Source: a virus
Taxonomy: Duplodnaviria > Caudoviricetes
Strand: one strand, 5' to 3'
DNA: 42,863 nucleotides
Virus record (IMG/VR): IMGVR_UViG_3300020388_001444
Location: 1 to 42,863 of that record
Below, piece after piece: positions 27,272 through 36,400 of the stretch; positions within the stretch are counted from its first letter, which is position 1, and each line of letters begins with the position of its first letter. A program made the translations under genes and the position numbers. The notes beneath the pieces were generated by a model, which saw only the letters and a list, made by a program, of their open reading frames with translations, did no database searches and was not told the origin of the DNA.

Positions 27272-27598
27272 ATGAAATTAAAACTATTAAACGCGTTAAA
27301 AAATGCGGTTATAAGCGCCCCGCTTGATTTTGAATTTGGTGGGTTACCTTTTAAGTTTACGGCAAAAATTAAACTGGTACCTGAAAGCGAGCTTAAAACA
27401 CTGACTGAAACACAAGGCACGAGTGATGGCGAGATTGTACGTGAGCTGTTAGTGGGCTGGAATGATTTTTTTGATGACGGTAAAGAGGTGCCTTTTGATA
27501 AAAGTACCCTTGAAGAGCTGCTTGTTTATAGTGGGCTAACAGCCCGCTTAAGTGTTGAGTGTATTAACGCCCAATACCGTATCACTGAAAAAAACTAG
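27272..27598 (+). CDS. Tail assembly chaperone (lambda G-like)
   Basis: L.GW..D....F motif; ends in a slippery site. Confidence 0.8.
   Translation: MKLKLLNALKNAVISAPLDFEFGGLPFKFTAKIKLVPESELKTLTETQGTSDGEIVRELLVGWNDFFDDGKEVPFDKSTLEELLVYSGLTARLSVECINAQYRITEKN
27589..27595 (+). other. -1 programmed ribosomal frameshift site A AAA AAC
   Basis: GAA AAA AAC TAG; the -1 frame stays open into ORF 27619-27963. Confidence 0.85.
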
Positions 27599-27963
27599 CC
27601 GATGTTGCTGGGTGGTTTTTGGGCGACCTAGCAGCAGACAGTAAAACCCTTGATGACGACGAAGCCCATTTTGGCGCACCTAAACAAGTTGTGCCACACG
27701 ATGAGGAAACATTGTTTGTATTGCCCCAAAACCACACAGCAGTATTGGCATTAACGACCGCCAGTAGCCAGTGGCAACGGGATAACGATGGGGTAGAAAT
27801 TGCCCTTGATTATGCTAGAGCTGATATAGCCTGGCGCTATGCAAATATAACCCTTAACCCCGATGATTTTGCAAAACTGCAAACCCTAGAGCGCACCATA
27901 ATTGGACTAATAAGGCGACCCGATGAGCAACAACTTGAATTTGGCGTTACGCTTAAGTTATGA
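27595..27963 (+). CDS. Tail chaperone frameshift extension (DUF1799-like, lambda T-like)
   Basis: N..A......QW.....ALDY....F..LQ.LE motif; no good independent start. Confidence 0.75.
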   Translation, partial: LADVAGWFLGDLAADSKTLDDDEAHFGAPKQVVPHDEETLFVLPQNHTAVLALTTASSQWQRDNDGVEIALDYARADIAWRYANITLNPDDFAKLQTLERTIIGLIRRPDEQQLEFGVTLKL

Positions 27964-30805
27964 CGGTAAAGCAGTTACCACCGGTGCGCGCCAAAACGTA
28001 AACGAACTAAACCGCATACCCCAAGCAGTACAGCGCCAAGTTGCAGCTAACCAGCAATTAGGCGCAAGCCAAGCCCGCATTATGCAACAGCAAGGCGCTA
28101 TGACCCGTCAACTCGGGCTAATGAATACCGCGTACGGGCAAATAGGTGCAACCCTTACGACCTTAGTGGGTATTGGTACCGCGACTATGTTTGTGCGTGA
28201 TACCGGTGCTGCACAATTACTTGATACTCGCTTAAAAGGATTAACTGGCTCAGCTGAAAATTACGCCAAAGTACAAGAGTATTTATTTGCTACATCTGAT
28301 CGCTTAAATACCGGTTACACCACCCTTGCCGACTCTTACAGTAAAATTTTAACCCTACAAGAGGTTGGCGTTGTTACTCAAACTCAAGGTAAAGCCATTT
28401 TAGAGGGTATGGCCAATGCCGCCGCTAAAACGGGGGCCAGTAATGTGCAGCTTGGGCAGAGTTTGTTTGGTATGACACAAGGGATGACTGCCGGCGTTTT
28501 ACGTGCAGAAGAGCTAAACCAAGTAACCGAGCCTATGCCAGGGCTTTTACAAAAACTCGATAAAGCAGCAGGTAAAGCCGCCGGCGGCTTTAGGCAGATG
28601 GTGAACGATGGCCAAGTAACCAGCCAGATGTTTAAAAATTACCTTATTAAAGCACTTAACGATTACGCCGGTGCTGCTGAGGCCACTGAGGGTAAAATAA
28701 ACGCCAGCTTTGCTGAAATGGGTAACGAGTACCAGCGCTTAATACGCAAATATGAAGAGCCCGTAAACTTTGCTGTTACCAGCGTGGTTGACTCAATTAC
28801 CGATACCATGGCGTATTTACGTGAAAACGAAGAGGCTGTGGATAATTTAGTGGTGGCAACCGGTGCATTAGCTACTGTATTAACCGGCCATTTAGTAGCA
28901 GGGTTAAGTGCCAGTGCTGCGGGGTATGTAACTAGCGTTGCGGCAAAGAACCGCGCGTTAATTGCGGATGCAGCCCTTGCAAAACAAAATCAGGCGAATG
29001 CGGCTTTAGAGCTACAGCGCGCCGCACAAATGAAAGCCTATGCACAGCATACGCTTGCTGTGGCTAATACCACCAACTTACGCACTGCAGCTGTTGCCCG
29101 TTTGGCTGCTGCTAATACCCGCTATACAGCAACACAAGCCGCTGCTACTACCGCTACTAATATTTATACTGCTGCCGCTGGGCGTGCAACGTTAGCAGCG
29201 CGGGGCCTTAGTACTGTAATGGGCTTGTTAGGTGGACCCGTTGGATTACTGGTAACGGCTGGGCTTGGCCTTGCCTACTTTGCAAGCCAAGGCGATGACG
29301 CTACCGACTCAGTTAATAAACTCAAAGAAGCCAGTAAAGATCTAAACCCGTATGCCAATTTAACCAGTAGCCAGGCACAAGGTTTACTGCTAATGGCACA
29401 GGGCCGCATTAAAAATGCGATTCAAATGGCCGATGAAGCAAGGGAACGTTTTAATAACCCGTTTTTAAAAGGTAAGTTTTCTGACGTTGAAGCTGCTGAA
29501 AAGCGCGTTACTGATTTAAAAAATGAAATTGTGGCGCTACAACAAGTGCTTGCTATTAAAGAAACAGAAAAGCCTAAGCCTGCCCCTGTTAGCTCAAGCG
29601 CCCTGCCCGATAACATTAAGCGTTTAGAAGTAAGCCTAATGGGCGAAGAAGCCCGTTTAAAAGACAGCTACGAAAAACGTAAGCAAATGGTCATTGTTGC
29701 TCGTGAGAACGATACGGCTAATAAAGTTAAATACGATACCATTTTAAAGCAGCTTGATGTTAAATACGGTGAAGACCTAAAAGCAATTGCACAAAAACGT
29801 GAAACCGAAAAAACACGTATACAAAACCAAGCTGAAGAAAAACGTAAAAACGATTTACAACGCGATTTAGAAAACCGTATTGCTACCGTTAAAGGCTTTG
29901 CTGGGCGTGAAGCACTTGCCGCTTATAATAACGAACTTAGTGTAGAACAAGCACGCCAACAAGCACGGGTTGATGCCAAGCGACGCTCACAATTAGGTTT
30001 AGCGGCCAATGATGAAAGTGGCGAGCTTAAATATAACGCAGATAACCAAATTCGTGAGTTAGAGCGCCAATCTGAACTTAATGCTGCAAATGGCTACCAT
30101 AGCCAACGTGAAGCGAGTGAAGCCGCACACCAAGAACGATTGATGCAAATTAAAACACGCCATACAGGTGCTTTACAAAGCAACATTTTAGCGTTTGCTA
30201 ACTTTGAGAAAAAAACAGAAGCTGAAAAATCTAACGCTATTGTTGGCTTGGGTGCCACTACTTTTAAAGCAATGGCTGGACAAAGTAAGACAGCATTTAA
30301 AGCCTATAAAGCGTTTGCAATTGCGCAAGCTGTTATAAATACCTACCAAGGTGCAACAGCTGCTTATACGTCTTTGGCCCCTATTCCCATTGTTGGCCCA
30401 GTGTTGGGTGGTGTTGCAGCTGCGGCAGCGGTTATGATGGGCTTACAACAAGTACGCCAAATTAAAGCTCAGCAACCGGCTGGTATTGCGCACGGTGGTT
30501 TAGATTATGTGCCGAATGAATCTACCTACGTATTACAACGTGGCGAGCGTGTATTAAGCCCGAAACAAAATACAGAAATTAGCCAAATGGCACGGCGTTA
30601 CAACGCCGGCGGCGCAGCGAATGATGGTGGCGGCTCTGGTGGTGTAAGTATACATATAACCAACCAAATTACCGTGCAAGGTGGTGCTAATGAGCAAACA
30701 TCGCAAGCGGTTGGCCAAGACATAGCCCGCCAGGTGGTTGGGGTTGTTGTGGCTAATATACAAAGCAACGGTGCAATTATTCGAGCAGTGCGAGGTGCTG
30801 CTTAG
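27923..30805 (+). CDS. Tape measure protein
   Basis: 960 aa, Ala-rich helical; Q....GVLR.EELN, LGGP.G and H.G....E...L..GERVL motifs. Confidence 0.92.
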   Translation: MSNNLNLALRLSYDGKAVTTGARQNVNELNRIPQAVQRQVAANQQLGASQARIMQQQGAMTRQLGLMNTAYGQIGATLTTLVGIGTATMFVRDTGAAQLLDTRLKGLTGSAENYAKVQEYLFATSDRLNTGYTTLADSYSKILTLQEVGVVTQTQGKAILEGMANAAAKTGASNVQLGQSLFGMTQGMTAGVLRAEELNQVTEPMPGLLQKLDKAAGKAAGGFRQMVNDGQVTSQMFKNYLIKALNDYAGAAEATEGKINASFAEMGNEYQRLIRKYEEPVNFAVTSVVDSITDTMAYLRENEEAVDNLVVATGALATVLTGHLVAGLSASAAGYVTSVAAKNRALIADAALAKQNQANAALELQRAAQMKAYAQHTLAVANTTNLRTAAVARLAAANTRYTATQAAATTATNIYTAAAGRATLAARGLSTVMGLLGGPVGLLVTAGLGLAYFASQGDDATDSVNKLKEASKDLNPYANLTSSQAQGLLLMAQGRIKNAIQMADEARERFNNPFLKGKFSDVEAAEKRVTDLKNEIVALQQVLAIKETEKPKPAPVSSSALPDNIKRLEVSLMGEEARLKDSYEKRKQMVIVARENDTANKVKYDTILKQLDVKYGEDLKAIAQKRETEKTRIQNQAEEKRKNDLQRDLENRIATVKGFAGREALAAYNNELSVEQARQQARVDAKRRSQLGLAANDESGELKYNADNQIRELERQSELNAANGYHSQREASEAAHQERLMQIKTRHTGALQSNILAFANFEKKTEAEKSNAIVGLGATTFKAMAGQSKTAFKAYKAFAIAQAVINTYQGATAAYTSLAPIPIVGPVLGGVAAAAAVMMGLQQVRQIKAQQPAGIAHGGLDYVPNESTYVLQRGERVLSPKQNTEISQMARRYNAGGAANDGGGSGGVSIHITNQITVQGGANEQTSQAVGQDIARQVVGVVVANIQSNGAIIRAVRGAA

Positions 30806-30860
30806 TTGTTAAGTGTTTGAGATTGGTGTAAAAAGGAGTTTTAAAAAGCGAGGGAATGTA

Positions 30861-31727
30861 ATGACTGAACAAGAGATACAGCAGAAAAAAGAAGCTGAGT
30901 TTATAAAATTAATTATTATTGTAGCAGTATTTGTACTTTTAATAGTTGGTATAACATTTGGCTTTTTATTTGAACTTACGCCCTCTAAAAAGCTAAAAAC
31001 ATGGGTTGATACTGCAACAATATTCACAGGCGTTGCAACCCCAATTTTGTCTACTGTGTCTGTTTTTTTATTGTATTTTGTTTGGAAAGATAACCGTAGA
31101 GAACTCGCAGCTACCAAGAAGGCACTTACAGAACAGTCTGACACGCAGAATTTTAGCGTTATAAAGGATGCTGTTTTTGAAATTGCATATCAAGCAAAAT
31201 TACGTCTTCAAAATGATGTTGAAATTTTTGAGACTGATAATAGGATAGAGTTTGTTAATTTGGATCAAGAAACACGGAATGTAATTGATGATTATTATCT
31301 AGAAAATATGAAAACAATACCTTTTGAAGAGTTCCTCTTCAGTTATTTTATGTTTACCAAAGTCAAACCTATTGAAAAGAATAAAAAGAATCTGCAGCAC
31401 ATTGATATGTTGTATTCTGAAGAAACTTTTTATTTTATTGATAAAATTAAATCCATTGCGATGTTTATGATGAAAATAAAAAGTATTGAGTATAAGAGTA
31501 TTCTTGAAATTACTTTGTTTTCTAAACTAACCATCTTTTCTTGGTTAATGTTCACTGAGATAGCTTTCCACTTATATAAAACAACTAGGGAAGAAGAGAA
31601 AAAATATTCTGAGCTTGTATTTCTCGAGATAGCTGGTTTAACATGTAGGCAGCTTAAAGAAGTTTATTGGATTGATGCACTTTCTGATGAAGTGTTACTT
31701 GAATTAAAAGCTCGTAAACTACTATAA
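30861..31727 (+). CDS. Two-TM moron protein, resembles putative abortive-infection proteins
   Basis: TM-TM then P.LS....L.......REL..T...L..Q; AT-rich insert in the tail operon; ATG 30861 with GAGGG SD. Confidence 0.6.
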   Translation: MTEQEIQQKKEAEFIKLIIIVAVFVLLIVGITFGFLFELTPSKKLKTWVDTATIFTGVATPILSTVSVFLLYFVWKDNRRELAATKKALTEQSDTQNFSVIKDAVFEIAYQAKLRLQNDVEIFETDNRIEFVNLDQETRNVIDDYYLENMKTIPFEEFLFSYFMFTKVKPIEKNKKNLQHIDMLYSEETFYFIDKIKSIAMFMMKIKSIEYKSILEITLFSKLTIFSWLMFTEIAFHLYKTTREEEKKYSELVFLEIAGLTCRQLKEVYWIDALSDEVLLELKARKLL

Positions 31728-31730
31728 CTA

Positions 31731-31776
31731 TGTAAACCCCTTTCCAGCCGAAAACTTACCCCTTAAATTTTATACT
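31731..31776 (+). promoter_or_regulatory. Putative late promoter for the tail-tip operon
   Basis: TGTAAA-CCCC-TTTCCA, 24 nt, TATACT. Confidence 0.7.
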
Positions 31777-31810
31777 CGTTACCAGTGTTTTATTATGAAA
31801 CTTGGTAACG

Positions 31811-32416
31811 ATGCAACCACTCCCTTTACCCAAACGGCCTAAAAGCTCTAACTTTACGTTAGTGCCTAATAGCCAAACCCATTTAAACAAAGCCAATAAC
31901 GCCACTGAGGTTTATGACCTTGAAGGTGCTTACTGGGAATTTGAAATTGAACTTGCCAATGTGCCTGAGCGTGATGCCCTCGCCCTTGATGGTTTTATTG
32001 CTAGCCTACGCGGCCAAGTGGGTACGTTTACGTTAATTGATTACCGCCGTGAACAGCTAGATAAAGACTTTACGGGCTATGTGCGCGGTGCAAACCAAGA
32101 CGGGAATATTTTAAATTTATATGCGCTACCCGCTAACCAAACGTTACTGGTTGCCGGCGAACGTATGCAAGTAGGCGTAGGCCAAAACACTGAACTTAAA
32201 ATATTAACGGCTGACCTGGTAAGTGACTCAGTTGGCCAAGCGACGGCTATTTTTGAGTCTCCTGTACGAAAAATACCTGCAGAAAACACCCTTATTACAT
32301 TTAAGCAACCAGCTGGATTGTTTCGACTTGCTGATAATAAGCAAGGGCTTGCTAGTGCGCAGTATAAAAACGGCATAGTTACCAGCTGGAAAATTAAAGG
32401 GCGTGAGGCGTTTTAA
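31811..32416 (+). CDS. Putative distal tail protein
   Basis: G..W, F...LRG..G.F motifs; first structural gene after tape measure. Confidence 0.6.
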   Translation: MQPLPLPKRPKSSNFTLVPNSQTHLNKANNATEVYDLEGAYWEFEIELANVPERDALALDGFIASLRGQVGTFTLIDYRREQLDKDFTGYVRGANQDGNILNLYALPANQTLLVAGERMQVGVGQNTELKILTADLVSDSVGQATAIFESPVRKIPAENTLITFKQPAGLFRLADNKQGLASAQYKNGIVTSWKIKGREAF

Positions 32417-33006
32417 TGGAGAGCTTAAACTCGGGGTTACTTGCGGATTTAGCCACCAGTGGCCGCGCTCGCTTTTTTGTGCGACTTGCGCTTAAAAGTG
32501 GCGATGTATTGCTGCACACAGGTGTAGGCGAGCGCCGCTTTGCTAATTTAACTTGGCACGGCGTGGGTATGCTTGGCACTGTTAGTGAAATACCCGCTAA
32601 TGATAATAACGACAGCGCCCGCATACGTTTAACCCTACACACTCAAGACCAGGCAATTTTAGCCGAAGTGGCCGAGAACGACCCGATAAGCCAGGACTGC
32701 GAAATTTACCTTGTTACTGTTGATGAACATTACCGTGTTAGCCAAAGCCAGTTACTTGAAAGCGGCTACATTGTGGCATGTGATGTAGAGCGTGGCGATG
32801 TATCGCAAGTGCAGCTTAGTGTTGCAGGTGAAAGTGAACGCTGGAAAGACGCACGGCTACACCAACGTTGGAATGATGCAACCCAAAAAGCCCTTTACCC
32901 GGGTGATGTGTTTTTTAGTGAGCAAGTCACGACCAACAAACAAAACCTACCTGATACACAACCTGGTAAATACATAGGAGGCAACCGCTATGAACGCCAG
33001 CGCTAA
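32416..33006 (+). CDS. Tail tip/hub protein
   Basis: HTG.G.....W.G.G..G.V and Q...YPGD..F motifs. Confidence 0.6.
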   Translation: MESLNSGLLADLATSGRARFFVRLALKSGDVLLHTGVGERRFANLTWHGVGMLGTVSEIPANDNNDSARIRLTLHTQDQAILAEVAENDPISQDCEIYLVTVDEHYRVSQSQLLESGYIVACDVERGDVSQVQLSVAGESERWKDARLHQRWNDATQKALYPGDVFFSEQVTTNKQNLPDTQPGKYIGGNRYERQR

Positions 33007-33400
33007 ACTTGCTGCTTTTATAAACCGCCGCAACTGTGAACCCTTTAAATGGGGTAAAAACGATTGCTGCTTATTGGTAGCCGATTGGGTGCTATTTGCA
33101 ACCGGTAACGATGTAGCTGACGATTTTAGGGGTAAATACCGCACTAAAAGTGGCGCATTTAAACAACTATTTAAACGTGGTTTAAACGATGTTGAAAGCG
33201 TGTTTAAAGACCGTTTAAACCCCGCTATACCAATTAACTATGCTCGACGTGGTGACTTGGCTTTAGTTGAGTTTAAAGACGAATATGTAGGCGGTATTGT
33301 AACCGTTAACGCGGTGGTGTGTGTTGGCGAAAATGGCTTAGTGACGTTACCAATGGACACGGTAAAAGCGGTTTACCCATTGGAGCCGCGAAATGTCTAA
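32990..33400 (+). CDS. NlpC/P60-like tail tip protein (DUF6950-like)
   Basis: PF.WG..DC...ADW....G.D...RG.Y and A.RGD motifs. Confidence 0.75.
   Translation: MNASAKLAAFINRRNCEPFKWGKNDCCLLVADWVLFATGNDVADDFRGKYRTKSGAFKQLFKRGLNDVESVFKDRLNPAIPINYARRGDLALVEFKDEYVGGIVTVNAVVCVGENGLVTLPMDTVKAVYPLEPRNV
33158..33219. repeat. Phased TTTAAA array 5 inside a coding sequence
   Basis: TTTAAA 33158, 33170, 33181, TTGAAA 33192, TTTAAA 33203, 33214. Confidence 0.8.
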
Positions 33401-36400
33401 GGTCGTAGATTTAGTTGTAGATACGGGCGGCGATATATTTGGCCTTGGTCGCAGTGTATTTGATAAAACTGTAGGCGCTTTATGGGATTCACTCACCCCT
33501 GATGTACCTGAAAAAGATTTAGCCACACTTGGCCAAGGTTTGCAAAAAGGCATAGACCAACCACGCCGCATTACATTTGGTCGTGACCGCGTTGGCGGTG
33601 TTATTGCCCACCAAGCAGAAGTTGAAAAAGGTGGTAAAAAATGGATGCAGTTAATTGTATTGATTAATGGTGCCCCTATTGATGCCCTTGAAGAAATTTA
33701 CATTGCTGATAAAAAGCTCACTGATTACCCACGAGAAAGTTGGGATTACTCTTTAAGCGATGGCCGCCAAACCACAGCTAACGCAAAAGCGGTAGCTAAA
33801 ATGGCGGGATGGACGAGTGAACATGTTGGCTTTGGCCAAAGCCATGTTTTTATTGAAATGGAAAATAATCGTGAAGTGTTTGAAGATGGCATAAACGATA
33901 TGGGCTTTTTAATACGGGGTGCCCGTGTATGGGACCCACGAGATACAGCCCAAAACCCTGACGATGAAAGTACCTGGCTTTGGAGCCAAAACGCCGTACT
34001 GTGTGCCCTGCACTATGTGCGTTTTTATGGAGCTCATGAAGTTCCTTTTGAACGTTTACCGTTACAGTGGTGGATTGCTGCCATTAACGTGTGTGATGAA
34101 GATGCCGAATTTACCGACGCTGATGGCGTTGTTACCACCGAGCCGCGTTACACAACCAATGGTAGCTTTACATTTAGCTCTAAGCCGCTTGAAGTGTTAG
34201 GCCAGCTAGAAGCGTGTTTTGCGGGTAAAATATTTAGGCAAATGGGCCAGTGGTATGTACGCGTGGGTGCCTGGTATGGCGAACCGACCTACACCATTAA
34301 TGCTGATGATGTTCACGGTAATATTAAAATTAAATGGCATGCTGATTTACGAGAGCGTGCCAATGTTGTGCGTGCTACGTTTACCGACCCCGAACAAAAC
34401 TACGATCGTACAGACGCACCGCCTGTTGTGTCTGCGGGGTATCAGGCTATTGATAATCAAATATTAGAAAAGTCTATATCACTCCCCTTTGTGCGCAGTA
34501 GTACTACAGCACAACGCCTGGCGACAATACATTTAGAACAAACACGTTTAGGCGAAATAGAGTTACCCCTCAAACACAAAGGCTTGGCTGCAGCTGTTGG
34601 CCGTACTGTGTACTTAAACTTACCTGGCGAATCGATAAATAATAAGGTTTACCGTGTAACAGAGCGCCGCTTTAGGTTAGATGGTGGCGTGACCTTAATG
34701 TGTGTTGAAGACGGCCCCGATTTATGGGCTGATAACATAATACCTGGTTCGCAGGATTTAACCCCAAACAGTGACTATTTAGTGGGCAAACCACAGCCTG
34801 TTTTTGATGTAAGGGTAACAGTGGATGGTGATGGAAATGGCATAATAAAATGGTCCCATCCGACCCCGCTTGCTGTTCATGAATACGATGTTGAGTTTAT
34901 TAATACTGCTGCAAACGAGCAGGTATTTAAAACATCGGTAACATACACCCAAGTAACTATTCCTAACTTGCAACTGGGAGAATACACCGCGCGTATTAGC
35001 GCTAAAAACATATTTGGCCAGCGCTCACTCCTTGTTGCTGTGCAATTTAGTGTGCAGACCCCTACCTTGCCGACTGTGTATGTAACTGTTGATTATAACC
35101 AAATTACATTAACCGCTAATATTGCCGCAGCAGGCATTGGCACCGCGTTTGAATGGGAGTTTTTGGGAACAGCTGAACAACCGCAAAGCGGTGAACGTGT
35201 GCTAGCACAGATTTATAACCGTATTGGTTTAAAAAGCGAAACTGAATATAAATTTAGAGCGCGGAGCGTTAATCACCTGGGCGCAAGTGACTGGGTTAAT
35301 GTAACAGCCACTACGACCACCGTTGATTTAACCAAGTACATTAATAATGTTGAGTTAACCCAGCTAAGCGAAGATGCACAAACTTTAATTGAAGATATGA
35401 ACCAGCAAGTTGATCGCTTGCGACCTGGCACTGAAAACAATCTGCCCGATGTACTTGAACAAACCGTTAGTGATTTAAACCTTGAAAAGCGCCACCGCCA
35501 AGACATTGAAAAAGGCGTACTCGATTTATCAGCAAATTACACCAACTGGCGCCAAGAATACGAACGCCGCCAGTTAGGCAGCGAGCGCTTAATTGATGCC
35601 GTGGCATACTTTGACCCTGAAAACGGCCTAATCGTTAACCGTGCGTTTTCATACACCAACGAAGCATTTAAAGAGGCTAATCTATTAATCGACGGCGTAA
35701 ACACCAGTATAGCCCTGCAAGCTAACCGCATAACACAAAGCGATACCCGTTTGACTCAGGCCGAGGGGGAGCTTGAAGTACAAGCAGGAAAAATAAACCA
35801 GCGCGCCACATTTACAGAAATGCGCACCGAAATAGCCGGTGCCATTGAAGCATTAACCCCCGCGTATAGCTGGCACTTCAACACCTCAACTGAGGGCTTT
35901 GCTGGCGATGTAACCTACAGCGCACTTGGCTATGTAACACTTAATACCACGGCTTACACGCCTGCCATCAGCTTTATTGCTGATGAAAACCCTATGTTGC
36001 GCATTCGCTTTAGAAAACACGCCAATTCCCCGTGGTTAGGTAATATTTATTTAGGTGAATCGCAGTTATTAGTGAACGTGTTAGAGCCAGAAACAGAAAG
36101 CTGGGAAACACGAAACATCGACCTAAGCACCGAAGATGGCTACATCGGTGAAGTTGCGGGCTTAAAGTTTGACTTAGGCCATGTTGATGTTGATTTTATT
36201 GAAATAGGCAAACGTGGTGTAAACGATTTAGCGCTCAATGATATAACTGCCCGCGCCACCATGCTAGAAAACGATATAGACGCTGCCACGGGGGTAATGG
36301 CGCAGTATGCAACCACTAAATGGGTTGATGAATTTGGCTATCAAACAGAGTCAAATGTAAACCAAATACTCGACACATTTAACAGCACGTATCAAGTGAG

